This document shows positions 49,149-59,561 of a stretch of DNA of 64,000 bases, piece by piece (the stretch's first letter is position 1; each line of letters starts with the position of its first letter). The notes under the pieces are model-generated. The model ran no database searches. It was given only the letters and a program-made list of their open reading frames with translations, and had not been told where the DNA came from. The stretch comes from an uncultured Nitrososphaerales archaeon (GTDB lineage: Archaea > Thermoproteota > Nitrososphaeria > Nitrososphaerales > Nitrososphaeraceae): positions 608,001-672,000 of the forward strand of contig CAVOHZ010000010.1 in the NCBI GenBank assembly GCA_963695855.1, given 5' to 3'. A program made the translations under genes and the position numbers.

Positions 49149-50534
49149 TTAACCTTGAGTAAGAATTCTCTCCATTATATCTAATCCCTCATTTAATACG
49201 GTTTCTGGTTGACATGCGGATATTCGTATAAAGTGTTTATAAAAGCTACCAAATCCACTTCCGGGAGCAATAGCTACTCCATTTTCTAATAATTTTTCTA
49301 CTAAAGCCATATCTGATTTATAGACATCTGAGAGAATTTTGGGATATACGTACATTGCACCATCAGGATATACAAATTCCGTCCTCATTTTTCTTACTCG
49401 TTTGGTGATCAAATCAATACGGGATTTAACTAAATCTACATTATCTTGGATACTGCTTTCTAAAGCGCTCAATGCACAATATTGCATTGGTTCTGCCACC
49501 GAAGTAATAGAAGTAGCTTGTACTCCGCTCATCTTTCTAATTATTTCTTTATCAGATATCGCGTATCCCACCCTGAATCCAGTCATACCAAAAGTTTTGG
49601 AAAAAGATGAGATCGTTATTTTTTTGCTACATTCATACTCTAACAGACTAGTAAAATCTATGAAAGAATAAGCCGAATAGACTTCATCACTAAGTAAAAA
49701 TAAGTTATAATCTTTTGAAATAGATACAATTTTGTCAAGAATGTTTTTTGGAAGTATTTTTCCCGTTGGATTGTTCGGATAATTTAATATTATCATTTTT
49801 GTGTTAGCATTGAGCAGATTTTCAAGTTTTGAAACATTTGGAATCCATTTATCTTCTAATGATGTTTTTAATGATTTTATTTTTACCCCAATAAAGTCTG
49901 CACATTCTTTATACGCAGGCCAAGATGGTTCAATATTTATCAATTCGTCGCCTGGTTTTAAAAGAGATGTAATAGCGCTAAATACTGCAAATCTACCACC
50001 AGGGGTAACCAATACTTGTTCAGAATTCGTACCAAATCCTATTCTTTCCGCTATCGCATTTCGAAGTCTTGGTATTCCAGAAATTTCTGTATAATGATAT
50101 TTTTTATCATCATATATTTTTAATAGTTCGTTTCTCACGGATAACGGAGGAGCATAATCAGGTTCGCCTACTTCCAAGTGGAAAATATTCTGACCAAGTT
50201 TTTCCATTTCCTTAGCTTTCATGAAAACTGCCATATGTGGAGATATTTTGTGACTGTCAGATTTGCGATTTTGAACTTTCACTGACTCTAGTAATAGAAT
50301 ATTTAATAATTTACCGGAAAATTCTAAATCTATTCTAAGTTCTTTAGCAAGTTTAATTATTGATTCCTTTATATCATTCTCTACTTGTTCATCTTCTACA
50401 TCAATAGAGAGCTCTTGTTTTATATTACCAATTCTTTTGGCAATCTCCATTCTATTATGAACTAATCTAATTATTTCGCTAGTAACTTCCTTAATTTGAT
50501 TCCGCAAACCACTTAGTTCTTCTGAATTACTCAT
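49149..50534 (-). CDS. chorismate mutase (AroQ) fused to class I/II aminotransferase
   Basis: N-terminal LRNQI..RMEIAKRIGNIK; GEPD, PNNPTG, SDEVY, SFSKTFGMTGFRVG. Confidence 0.9.
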   Translation of the reverse strand: MSNSEELSGLRNQIKEVTSEIIRLVHNRMEIAKRIGNIKQELSIDVEDEQVENDIKESIIKLAKELRIDLEFSGKLLNILLLESVKVQNRKSDSHKISPHMAVFMKAKEMEKLGQNIFHLEVGEPDYAPPLSVRNELLKIYDDKKYHYTEISGIPRLRNAIAERIGFGTNSEQVLVTPGGRFAVFSAITSLLKPGDELINIEPSWPAYKECADFIGVKIKSLKTSLEDKWIPNVSKLENLLNANTKMIILNYPNNPTGKILPKNILDKIVSISKDYNLFLLSDEVYSAYSFIDFTSLLEYECSKKITISSFSKTFGMTGFRVGYAISDKEIIRKMSGVQATSITSVAEPMQYCALSALESSIQDNVDLVKSRIDLITKRVRKMRTEFVYPDGAMYVYPKILSDVYKSDMALVEKLLENGVAIAPGSGFGSFYKHFIRISACQPETVLNEGLDIMERILTQG

Positions 50535-51638
50535 TTAAACACCTCGTAACACGTTTGGAATAAATCCACATTTAATAGCATGATCTCCCAATGTAAGTGA
50601 TACTATACTCTCAACAACAGGTGGAGCTCTCGGAACAACACAAGGATCGTGTCTTCCCGGTACCTGCAAATCCACAAGAGATTTTGTAGCAAAATCAAAT
50701 GTTTTCTGTGTCTTTGCTATAGAAGCTGCAGGCTTAAATCCTATCCTTATAATTAATGGCATTCCAGTAGATAAACCTCCCAAAATACCTCCAGAATTGT
50801 TAGTAAGGGTGATTATTTTACCTTTCTCGCTAACGAATAAATCATTATTTTCTGAACCTAATTTTCTAGTAGCTCCGAAACCGGAGCCAAATTCGACTGC
50901 CTTAACAGCAGGTATGCTGAATAACGCTTTGCTTAAATCAGATTCCAACGACGAAAAGACTGGTTCTCCTAGACCCACAGGGATACTCTTGCTAACACAT
51001 TCTATAATACCGCCAATTGAATTTCCTGATTGTCTCGAAGTAAGAATAGCTTGTCTCATTTTTTCGGCTGTTTTCAGATCTGGACAACGAACTTCATTTG
51101 TATATCTATTCTTTTTAGCCAATTCAAAAGAAACGTCAGGAGATTTTATACCACCTATTTCAATGGTATAAGCTATGGTTTCTATTCCTAAAGTTTTTTT
51201 TAGCAATTTTTTAGCTATAACCCCTGCCATAACATAACTGGCGGTAAGTCTTCCTGAAAATCTTCCACTCCCCCTATAGTCACCATACCCACCGTATTTT
51301 ACCATAGCAGGAAAATCCGAATGACCTGGTCTGGGTATATTTTTTATTATATCATAAGGACGAGAATCGGAATCCTTATTCCAAATAATCATACATACAG
51401 GAGCACCGGTAGTATACCCATTAAAAGTTCCTGAAAGAATCTCGACTTTGTCATCTTCTTTTCTCTGAGTTGTGATTGCTGATTGTCCAGGTTTTCTTAG
51501 ATCTAGATCCGGCTGGATATCAGATTCAGAAATTTCTAGTCCTGCAGGACATCCATCGAGTATCGCTCCAACACATTTTCCATGACTCTCACCAAAACTA
51601 GTAACAACAAGTCTTTCTCCTAGACTATTTCCTACCAT
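50535..51638 (-). CDS. aroC: chorismate synthase
   Basis: FGESHG, PRPGHSD, GRFSGR, GGILGG, GRHDPCV. Confidence 0.97.
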   Translation of the reverse strand: MVGNSLGERLVVTSFGESHGKCVGAILDGCPAGLEISESDIQPDLDLRKPGQSAITTQRKEDDKVEILSGTFNGYTTGAPVCMIIWNKDSDSRPYDIIKNIPRPGHSDFPAMVKYGGYGDYRGSGRFSGRLTASYVMAGVIAKKLLKKTLGIETIAYTIEIGGIKSPDVSFELAKKNRYTNEVRCPDLKTAEKMRQAILTSRQSGNSIGGIIECVSKSIPVGLGEPVFSSLESDLSKALFSIPAVKAVEFGSGFGATRKLGSENNDLFVSEKGKIITLTNNSGGILGGLSTGMPLIIRIGFKPAASIAKTQKTFDFATKSLVDLQVPGRHDPCVVPRAPPVVESIVSLTLGDHAIKCGFIPNVLRGV

Positions 51639-51730
51639 GATATCAAAGCATAAATTACTAAACACCTTATATATTGACTTTTAATAGATTGAAATCCTGA
51701 TTTGAATCGTGACTGGATAATTATGAATAA

Positions 51731-53029
51731 TCAATCGAGTGTATTCACATTTGCTCCTAACCTTTTTAACTCGCTAATAAAAGCAGGATATGACACATCA
51801 ACAGATTCAGCGTCTGTTACGATAGATTTTTCGGTAAGAAGGGAGGCAATGGTAAACGCCATGAATAACCTATGATCATTATGAGAATCGAGTTTAGCAT
51901 TTTTTATTTTTTTTGTGGGTTGAATTGTTATTTCGGTCTGTTTTTCAGAGACATTTACTCCCAACTTTCTTAATTCAGAAACAATGTTAGATACTCTATC
52001 TGTCTCTTTTAATCTAGCGTGAGATATACCATATATCCTCATACGTGATTTTGCTTTTAGAGAAAGGATAGAAACAACCGGCAAGAGATCTGGTGTGTTT
52101 GTTAAATCACATTCGATTCCATCTAATTCATTTGAACCACAGACCACTAAGTTTCCCTTTTCTTTATCTACTATGATATTTCCACCCATTTTTTCAACTA
52201 CATCAATAATTTTTTCATCGCCTTGAGTCAATCCAAAATTTAAACCCTGAATGATAATTTTTTTTCCACACAATATACCTGCCGCGATTAGAAGAGATGC
52301 TGATGAAAAATCTCCAGGTACTGTAAAACTAGTACTTTTGTAATTAGTTTTGGGTATTATATATTTTGAATAGCTAGAATCATATTCTATTTTAACTCCA
52401 AATTTTCTCATTGTTTCTATAGTTGAGTCAATATAAGGGGCAGAGACTTGCTTGCCCTCAATTTTTAACGTTACTTCGGATTTAGCATAAATACATGAAA
52501 TTAATAATGAGGAGATAAATTGACTAGAAATTTTACCATTGATAATGACGGTCCCTCCCTGTATACCTCCACCTTTGATGACTAGAGGGGGAGTTCCGAG
52601 ATTATTAGTTGCAAAACATTCAACTCCAAGTTGATTCAAGGCAGAAATTAATGGCCTCATAGGTCTTTTTCTTAGGCTCTCATCTCCCGTTAATACTGTA
52701 TAGCCATTTTTTACTAGCGCACACATAGAAGCTAATATTCTAATAGTTGTTCCTGAATTTTCTGTATTGATTACATCCTTTGGTACATCGAATTCATGTT
52801 GTCCACGAATAGATATTGAATTAATTTTGTCGGACTGTTCAATTTCCACTCCAAGCATTTTGCAACCATGAATAGTTGCTAGTGTATCTCTACTTACTAA
52901 AGGATTTTTTATAATAGATTTGTTATCTGCTAATGAAGCTATCGCAATGGCTCTATGAGTATAACTTTTACTAGATGGGCATTTTATTTTACCATTAAGA
53001 ATTGATCTTTCTACTTTAATATTAACCAA
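51731..53029 (-). CDS. aroA: EPSP synthase
   Basis: SKSYTHRA, NSGTTIR, SSQFISSLL, KETDR, DHRLFM. Confidence 0.97.
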   Translation of the reverse strand: MVNIKVERSILNGKIKCPSSKSYTHRAIAIASLADNKSIIKNPLVSRDTLATIHGCKMLGVEIEQSDKINSISIRGQHEFDVPKDVINTENSGTTIRILASMCALVKNGYTVLTGDESLRKRPMRPLISALNQLGVECFATNNLGTPPLVIKGGGIQGGTVIINGKISSQFISSLLISCIYAKSEVTLKIEGKQVSAPYIDSTIETMRKFGVKIEYDSSYSKYIIPKTNYKSTSFTVPGDFSSASLLIAAGILCGKKIIIQGLNFGLTQGDEKIIDVVEKMGGNIIVDKEKGNLVVCGSNELDGIECDLTNTPDLLPVVSILSLKAKSRMRIYGISHARLKETDRVSNIVSELRKLGVNVSEKQTEITIQPTKKIKNAKLDSHNDHRLFMAFTIASLLTEKSIVTDAESVDVSYPAFISELKRLGANVNTLD

Positions 53030-53876
53030 ATATTTTTTCTACCGTTGCTTTTCTATTATTAACTTTACAAATGAAAGTTCTTCCATATCTTTCTAGATTG
53101 GCTTTCACATTATCAATATTTTTTTCTTTAACAATGGCGGCGACAGAGGGACCATTCCCTGAAATAGAAGCAGATAAAGCCCCACTTTCAATAGATGTAA
53201 TTATCGGTTCATAATCATATGACATGATTGAGGATACTAATGCTCCATTTAACTTCATTGCTGTCCAATAGTCAAATTGCTCTGCTAACTCAAATGCTTT
53301 GTTGAAAAGATCTGGGAAAGATTTTAATTTTAAAACATTTTTTCTGTGTACGTTATTTGGGATCAATATAACAACTGAAAGTTCCTCTGGACCATTTTCC
53401 CTACGTATTAAAGTATTAGAATAATTATCAGTCAAAACAATCCCTCCAAAGTAACAAGCAGTAGAATCATCGAAAGCTCCGGTCATTGTTACCTTCGCCA
53501 AACGACATGACTCAACAGCAGTGTTTAGTATCTTAAGGTCATTTAACTCATCATTTAAAAGCCCATAACACGCCAAGGATACTGCGGAAGAAACAGCACT
53601 AGAACTTTTAAGACCGAATCCTATAGGTATTTCAGAATAAATTGACAAGTGTATATCATTGTCTTTTCTAATTTGTTTTGGTATTACTTTATCAATAATG
53701 TAAGTAAAAAGGTCGTTATTTCTTCTCTGGAATATTATTTTTCCTTCTCCTTTCATCAAACTAATTTTTGCAGTAGTTTTGAGGGAAATTCCTAAAGCAG
53801 AACCTTTTCCCGTTGCGATCGCATTTACGATGGAAATTGCGCCGTGAACTGTGGCCTGACAAGATAATGGAATCAT
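53022..53876 (-). CDS. aroK: archaeal (GHMP-type) shikimate kinase
   Basis: NAIATGKG, PIGFGLKSSSA, TGAFDD, SGNGP. Confidence 0.93.
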   Translation of the reverse strand: MIPLSCQATVHGAISIVNAIATGKGSALGISLKTTAKISLMKGEGKIIFQRRNNDLFTYIIDKVIPKQIRKDNDIHLSIYSEIPIGFGLKSSSAVSSAVSLACYGLLNDELNDLKILNTAVESCRLAKVTMTGAFDDSTACYFGGIVLTDNYSNTLIRRENGPEELSVVILIPNNVHRKNVLKLKSFPDLFNKAFELAEQFDYWTAMKLNGALVSSIMSYDYEPIITSIESGALSASISGNGPSVAAIVKEKNIDNVKANLERYGRTFICKVNNRKATVEKIFG

Positions 53877-54718
53877 GGTGGTTCTCCAAAAACTCCTAGT
53901 AAGGATTTTTTCATGACATCCAGGGGAGCATCTAAACCAGTCCATATCTTGAATGCTTGGGAGCCTTGTTCCAACAGCATTTCATAGCCATATATTACAG
54001 TCGCACCGGCTTTTCTTGCATTTTTTATTAAACTAGTGTAAATAGGGCTGTAAACGATGTCATAAACAATGGTATTTTTACCGATATATTTTGAAGAGAC
54101 AGGACTTTCCTCATAATTTAGTCCCAAGGACGTAGCATTAATTATGAGATTAGAACCAGATGCTACATTTTGTAAGCTATCAAGTTCCTGAAAATCACAA
54201 TTCAACCCTAATTTATAAGCATGTTTTAAGAGTTTTAAGGCATTTAATTTTGAACGGTTAATAACAGTCACCCTCAATATCCCATTTTCTCGTGACAAAG
54301 CTGTAATGATGGCATAGGCGGCCCCCCCTGCCCCCAAAATTAACACTTTCATGCCATTAAATTTGATATTACGGTTATGAAGCGGTCTTACAAAACCGTA
54401 TACATCTGTGTTGTATCCTATGAATGTGCTACGAGTATTTTTAACCGTGTTTACAGCACCAGATTGAGAGGAGGATTCATCTAGTTCATCCATGTATTTT
54501 ATCATATCAATTTTATGTGGAATTGTGACATTAAATCCAGATATATCGATAGATCTTAAAGATTCGACGGCGCTTTTTAATTCAGATTTGGGAACTCGAT
54601 AAGAGATATAGGAACTATTGATCCCAAGCGCTTTAAAGGCTGAATTATGCATAATAGGAGATAGAGAGTGATCAATTGGATCACCTATTACACAATACAT
54701 TTTAAATTTAGAGGACAT
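53873..54718 (-). CDS. aroE: shikimate dehydrogenase
   Basis: HSLSP, NVTIPHK, GAVNT, NTDVYG, GAGGAA. Confidence 0.95.
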   Translation of the reverse strand: MSSKFKMYCVIGDPIDHSLSPIMHNSAFKALGINSSYISYRVPKSELKSAVESLRSIDISGFNVTIPHKIDMIKYMDELDESSSQSGAVNTVKNTRSTFIGYNTDVYGFVRPLHNRNIKFNGMKVLILGAGGAAYAIITALSRENGILRVTVINRSKLNALKLLKHAYKLGLNCDFQELDSLQNVASGSNLIINATSLGLNYEESPVSSKYIGKNTIVYDIVYSPIYTSLIKNARKAGATVIYGYEMLLEQGSQAFKIWTGLDAPLDVMKKSLLGVFGEPP

Positions 54719-55400
54719 GACGTGAGAAATGTCTTTCGATCCTTTCATAAATTTGTCGCATCTCTTTTACTGAAAGTTGACCAGGAGCTATGGGTTTTTG
54801 CAATGAAGCATAAGAAAAAGGAGAATTTCCTACCAATGTGCATAAAATTCGAGATAGTATTCCTAAATCACCCATTGCAAAGGAAATTAATTTGATATCA
54901 GGATATTTATTATAAAGATCCAATAAACGAAGTGCATCGCGCGCGCTATTGGCCATTGTGACTATCTTGAGAATGTTACTATAAGATTTCATTTTTTCCA
55001 TTTTTGCTTCAAGTTCAGAGTCCGGAGGTGTGTATTCAAAATTGTGCCATGAAACCAACAAACGACTTGAATTATTATGTAAATATTCGTAAAGAGATGG
55101 ATTGCTATCCAATGTAGAAATCTCAACATCTATAAATAAAGGATGAGAATCAGAAAGAAACTTTATTAGATCAATTCTTTCCTTTTCGTTACCAGAAAAT
55201 TTTCCTTGTTCCTCATTTGAACGAATGGTAAATATCGATTTGGATTTAAAAGGATAAACTATTTTTATAGCTTTCGCAATTTCTGATTTATCTAAAAAAT
55301 CAAAACGGATTTCAAAAAAATCAGCCAAGTATGCTTTTTCGAGAAGATCTTTTAATTGCTGTAGCGAAGTTGCTGCTATTGAAACACATATTTTTGTCAA
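54708..55400 (-). CDS. aroD: type I 3-dehydroquinate dehydratase
   Basis: EIRFD, FTIR, SWHNF, FAMG..SR, APGQ. Confidence 0.93.
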   Translation of the reverse strand: MTKICVSIAATSLQQLKDLLEKAYLADFFEIRFDFLDKSEIAKAIKIVYPFKSKSIFTIRSNEEQGKFSGNEKERIDLIKFLSDSHPLFIDVEISTLDSNPSLYEYLHNNSSRLLVSWHNFEYTPPDSELEAKMEKMKSYSNILKIVTMANSARDALRLLDLYNKYPDIKLISFAMGDLGILSRILCTLVGNSPFSYASLQKPIAPGQLSVKEMRQIYERIERHFSRHVL

Positions 55401-55585
55401 TGATGATTTTCAATCATATTTCTTATTTAGAGATTTACTGGTTTTCGAAAATATTTCACTTTATCCAAGAAAGACCATTGCTAGAAAGACAGTAAAACCA
55501 ATGATTTCGTTCAAATATGTTGGATTATTAGAATAGGAAACTAAAAAAATTGGCTTTTTGTGAATCACAAATAATATAAATAAAA

Positions 55586-56452
55586 CTATATGTTATGGTG
55601 TGAACGAACCTTTTTCCAATTGGCTATCAATGCTTCTGATCTAATATGTATAGGTTCACTCAAGCGTGAGCGAGCTAACTTGACGTAGTCATTTATAATA
55701 TCTACTCCAATAAAGTGACGTTGTAAATGAAAGGCTACTTTTGTGGTCTGACCGCTTCCGTTAAATGGATCCAAAATTAGATCCCCTTCATAAGAATATA
55801 ATTTCATGAGCCTATAGGGAATTTCTTCTGGAAAAGGACATGGGTGGTCTATATATCCTGGGGGGATAGGTGCGATATGCCATACAGAATTAGCTATCTC
55901 CTTTGTCCATTCTTCATGAGTTGCAGGTAGAGTTTCCTTCCTTTCTGTTCTTCCACTATTCACGTTACCCTTACGAAGGACTAAAATAAATTCATGCATT
56001 ATGTTTGCCCTATAATATTTTGGATAAGGATTGATTACAAACGATCCATAACGGTTAGTACCTCCAGTAACTTTATGCCAAATAATTTCTTCATGGAGAT
56101 TCCACTTACCAAATGGCTCAACTAGCTGAGACAAAACCATATGAGGAAGGGCTAACAGAGTGCCATTTACTACTTCATTAGCTATTACTATACAACAATA
56201 ACCACCTTCTTTAGTGCCATTAAAAATTTTATCATTAAAAAGAGATATCATTTCTTTTAGATATTCTTGAGTATCTATGGTGCTTTTTCCTCTATAGTAT
56301 GAACCATTTTTTGAAGCATGGGCGTTATAATCTATGGCATTCCTATACGGTGGCGAAGTAATAGTTAATTGTACTGAATTAGAAGGAAGTTTAGATATAA
56401 TTTCCTTACAATCTCCTGATAAAATTTTATCGACATAATTCTTAATACGCAT
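55586..56452 (-). CDS. orphan beta-class N4-C/N6-A DNA methyltransferase
   Basis: Motif IV TSPPY before HPCPFP and motif I DPFNGSGQT. Confidence 0.92.
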   Translation of the reverse strand: MRIKNYVDKILSGDCKEIISKLPSNSVQLTITSPPYRNAIDYNAHASKNGSYYRGKSTIDTQEYLKEMISLFNDKIFNGTKEGGYCCIVIANEVVNGTLLALPHMVLSQLVEPFGKWNLHEEIIWHKVTGGTNRYGSFVINPYPKYYRANIMHEFILVLRKGNVNSGRTERKETLPATHEEWTKEIANSVWHIAPIPPGYIDHPCPFPEEIPYRLMKLYSYEGDLILDPFNGSGQTTKVAFHLQRHFIGVDIINDYVKLARSRLSEPIHIRSEALIANWKKVRSHHNI

Positions 56453-56617
56453 AATAAAAAATGTAATTACCCTCAATATTCAGAATACTTTAAAATTATC
56501 GACCAGAAGATTAATAATTTTTATCTTTAAATCCAGATGTTCTTTTATTATAAAGGGAATCATTCCTAATATTATCACTATCCAATAAAAAGATAATTTT
56601 GTTAAACAATAAATAAA

Positions 56618-57688
56618 CTATTTTTCTAATATGAATTCATCCACTTCCATGCCAAAATGTCTACCGGTTGCTTGCTTTAAGAAACCCAATACTTTGTCAC
56701 CTTTCTTAACAGAAGTCACTGGAAGCAGATCGCCATTTTCACGTATAAATTGAATAGTTTCTGCATTTTGTACAATAACAGTACCTTCTATACCATCAGC
56801 ATTAGCTTTAATTAATTTTAATGGTCTTGTTTCTATTTTACATCTACCTACAGATACTACCCTCGAATTACCTTCTCTATTAACTATAAGAATTTCCGTG
56901 CCCGATTCTAATTCAGAGAGATATTTAGTTGTGCCGTTTGGAAGAACCGTATAACAATATACTGCGCCGGCATTTACTCTGAAAGGTCGTGGTGATGTAA
57001 ATGATGATCCTGAGGATTCATTATGTAATAGGAACATAAAGTTTGACTTACTACCAACTAACATTCCTTCTCCCTTTTCTAGTATAGAAACAGTATCGAC
57101 ACAAACCCTCTCTCCAACTCCAACATCCTTAACTTCGATGATTTCACATGACTTTATAGCAACGTTCTTCTTTTCCAGGTATCTTTTAGATTCCTTTATT
57201 TCCTCCAAATTTCCAGTTGAGAGTATAACCCCATCTACCCCCAATTCCAATACAGAAAACATTGTCCTTACTTCATCAGAATTTTTTGCCATAGTGATTA
57301 TCTTGGTGTTTGTATTTTGAAGATTTGCTATAATATTTTCTAATGGAATGATCTTCCAATCAGCTGTGTCAATGATAACATAATTCGCACCCAATGATTC
57401 TGCAGTCTGAATATCTACGATATCATTATTGGAAAGAACTTTCTTATAGTATGCTAGAAATTTACCTGACTCTTTATTCCTTTGCAAGAGAGCATGCGTT
57501 TGACATATTATAATATCAGCAGCGTTAGATTCATAAATCGTCTTAAAATTTTGACTTGGATTTAATAATGGATCGATATAGAACAAGTTTATACCATTCA
57601 TACTAATTATATCTTCTAGGAAGTTCTTAAGATCTGAATCATTTACTGTAGGTTTGATAATCAATTCTTTACCTTTTGTTTTTTCCAA
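56618..57688 (-). CDS. aroB': 3-dehydroquinate synthase II
   Basis: WKIIPLEN, LELGVDGV, RVCVDT, RPFRVNAG, QNAETI, GRHFG. Confidence 0.95.
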   Translation of the reverse strand: MEKTKGKELIIKPTVNDSDLKNFLEDIISMNGINLFYIDPLLNPSQNFKTIYESNAADIIICQTHALLQRNKESGKFLAYYKKVLSNNDIVDIQTAESLGANYVIIDTADWKIIPLENIIANLQNTNTKIITMAKNSDEVRTMFSVLELGVDGVILSTGNLEEIKESKRYLEKKNVAIKSCEIIEVKDVGVGERVCVDTVSILEKGEGMLVGSKSNFMFLLHNESSGSSFTSPRPFRVNAGAVYCYTVLPNGTTKYLSELESGTEILIVNREGNSRVVSVGRCKIETRPLKLIKANADGIEGTVIVQNAETIQFIRENGDLLPVTSVKKGDKVLGFLKQATGRHFGMEVDEFILEK

Positions 57689-58478
57689 GATTTCTTAATA
57701 CCTCTGTAGGATTTTTCTCTTTAATAATAATTTCATGTAATGCTCTAACTATTGATGGAGGATCTCTGTGCTGAAAAATATTTCTGCCAAAAGTTACACC
57801 CATTGCACCTGCTTTAATTGCACTTGAACACATTTCAAGAATGTCTAAATCAGTTTTTGCTTTTGGACCACCAGCAATCACCACAGGTACTGGACAACTT
57901 TTTATGACAGATTTAAATGAATCAAAGTCTCCCGTGTATACGGACTTGACTATATCAGCTCCTGCTTCTGCTCCTATTCTAGTAACATGAGCAACGACGT
58001 TTGGATCATAAGGGTTTTTTACGTTTTCACCTCTTGGGTACATCATAGCTAACAATGGAACATTCCACAATTGGCACTCATCTGAAATCATTCCAAGGAT
58101 TTCCAGCATTTCTGGTTCCTCCTTTGCACCTATGTTTATATGAACAGAGACCGCATCAGAACCTAAACGTATCGCCTCTTCAACACTTCCCATCAAAACT
58201 TTCTTATTTGGAGAGGGACCTAAAGAAGTACTAGCCGAAAGATGGGTAATTAAACCGATATTTACAGGTCTTGCCATGGATTTGAGGATTCCTTTATTAA
58301 TAATTACTGAAGTTATTCCAGAATTCTCACATTGGTAAATCATACGATGAGCATCTTCCAAACCCTCTATTGGGCCATCAGTTATTCCATGATCCATAGG
58401 AATACATAACATTTTTCCATCTTTTGTAATTCGGTTTATGCGAATGTCTCTTCCAGAGACCATAGGATTGAAGGACAT
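57669..58478 (-). CDS. aroA': 2-amino-3,7-dideoxy-D-threo-hept-6-ulosonate synthase
   Basis: PMDHG, MMYPRG, GADIVK, AGGPK, GRNIFQ; first gene of the aro operon. Confidence 0.92.
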   Translation of the reverse strand: MSFNPMVSGRDIRINRITKDGKMLCIPMDHGITDGPIEGLEDAHRMIYQCENSGITSVIINKGILKSMARPVNIGLITHLSASTSLGPSPNKKVLMGSVEEAIRLGSDAVSVHINIGAKEEPEMLEILGMISDECQLWNVPLLAMMYPRGENVKNPYDPNVVAHVTRIGAEAGADIVKSVYTGDFDSFKSVIKSCPVPVVIAGGPKAKTDLDILEMCSSAIKAGAMGVTFGRNIFQHRDPPSIVRALHEIIIKEKNPTEVLRNLGKNKR

Positions 58479-58574
58479 AATTGAGCTACTTAAAGTAATC
58501 TACTAATTTCTTAAATTAGAAAATCTTCAATATTAAGTATCTTTTAACACATTATAAAATAATTTAATGAACCA

Positions 58575-59357
58575 TTATTTTAATAAACAGATTTTTGGTA
58601 GATTTCTCTTATGATGTGTTTTTGAAATTAAATTCTGAATAAATAACAAATCTTCAATATCGAATCCTATTTCTGGTGGAAGATCATGATTGTACTTGTT
58701 TCTTGATATGTCCATCATGTTTTCTTTTTCAAGGAATTTCAAAATCTTATCGATTTTAGAATATTTCATTCCAATCTCTTCCTCTGCTGACTGACCTTTC
58801 CACAAAGCTGGACTACTTTTTTTATTTAGAATAGAAGACGGAATATTTAAATGACTTGCCAATTCACGCACTTCAGTTTTATAAAGATCGCCTAATGGAA
58901 GTATATCAGCTGCACCGTCACCAAACTTAGTAAAATATCCTATCCGTAGCTCACTTTTATCAGAAGAACCGATTACTAGTAAGTTATTCAGATTTGCATA
59001 ATAATAAATTAAATTCATACGAATTCGTGCCGCTAGATTTCCAATCGATAGTTGATTTTCTGGTAAAAGTTTAGTATAATTTTGTTTCAGATCAGTTATA
59101 TCTATTAAATGGTAACGTATATTTAGTATTCTTGATATAGATAAAGCATCTTCAATATCTTCTTGAGATGTAACATCTGTATCCGGAATAATTAAGCCTA
59201 TAATATCCTTAGTGTCTATAGATCTAGTCACTAAATAAACAGCAACACTGGAATCAATTCCTCCACTTAATCCTAAAACAACGCCCTTAGTATTTGAGCT
59301 TTTTACTTCTTCTTTAATAAATTGAGAAATTCTAATAACAATCTCTTCAAAGTCCAA
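58575..59357 (-). CDS. nadE: NH3-dependent NAD+ synthetase
   Basis: LSGGIDS, NLAARIRM, GYFTKFGDG, LYKTEV, HKR. Confidence 0.96.
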   Translation of the reverse strand: MDFEEIVIRISQFIKEEVKSSNTKGVVLGLSGGIDSSVAVYLVTRSIDTKDIIGLIIPDTDVTSQEDIEDALSISRILNIRYHLIDITDLKQNYTKLLPENQLSIGNLAARIRMNLIYYYANLNNLLVIGSSDKSELRIGYFTKFGDGAADILPLGDLYKTEVRELASHLNIPSSILNKKSSPALWKGQSAEEEIGMKYSKIDKILKFLEKENMMDISRNKYNHDLPPEIGFDIEDLLFIQNLISKTHHKRNLPKICLLK

Positions 59358-59561
59358 CGTTATTGAAATAGGAATAATGACATCATTATTAAACAGATCT
59401 AATTTTACTTAAATCTGTTTAAATGTAATAAAAAGAACCCTCTAACAAGAAATAAAGTATAATCAAAATCTCAATAACTTGAAATTAATAATTGAACCTC
59501 TTATCAACCGAAGGTAAAAATAAAAAATTTTAATTAGTAATAGAAAATAAGTATAATATCT

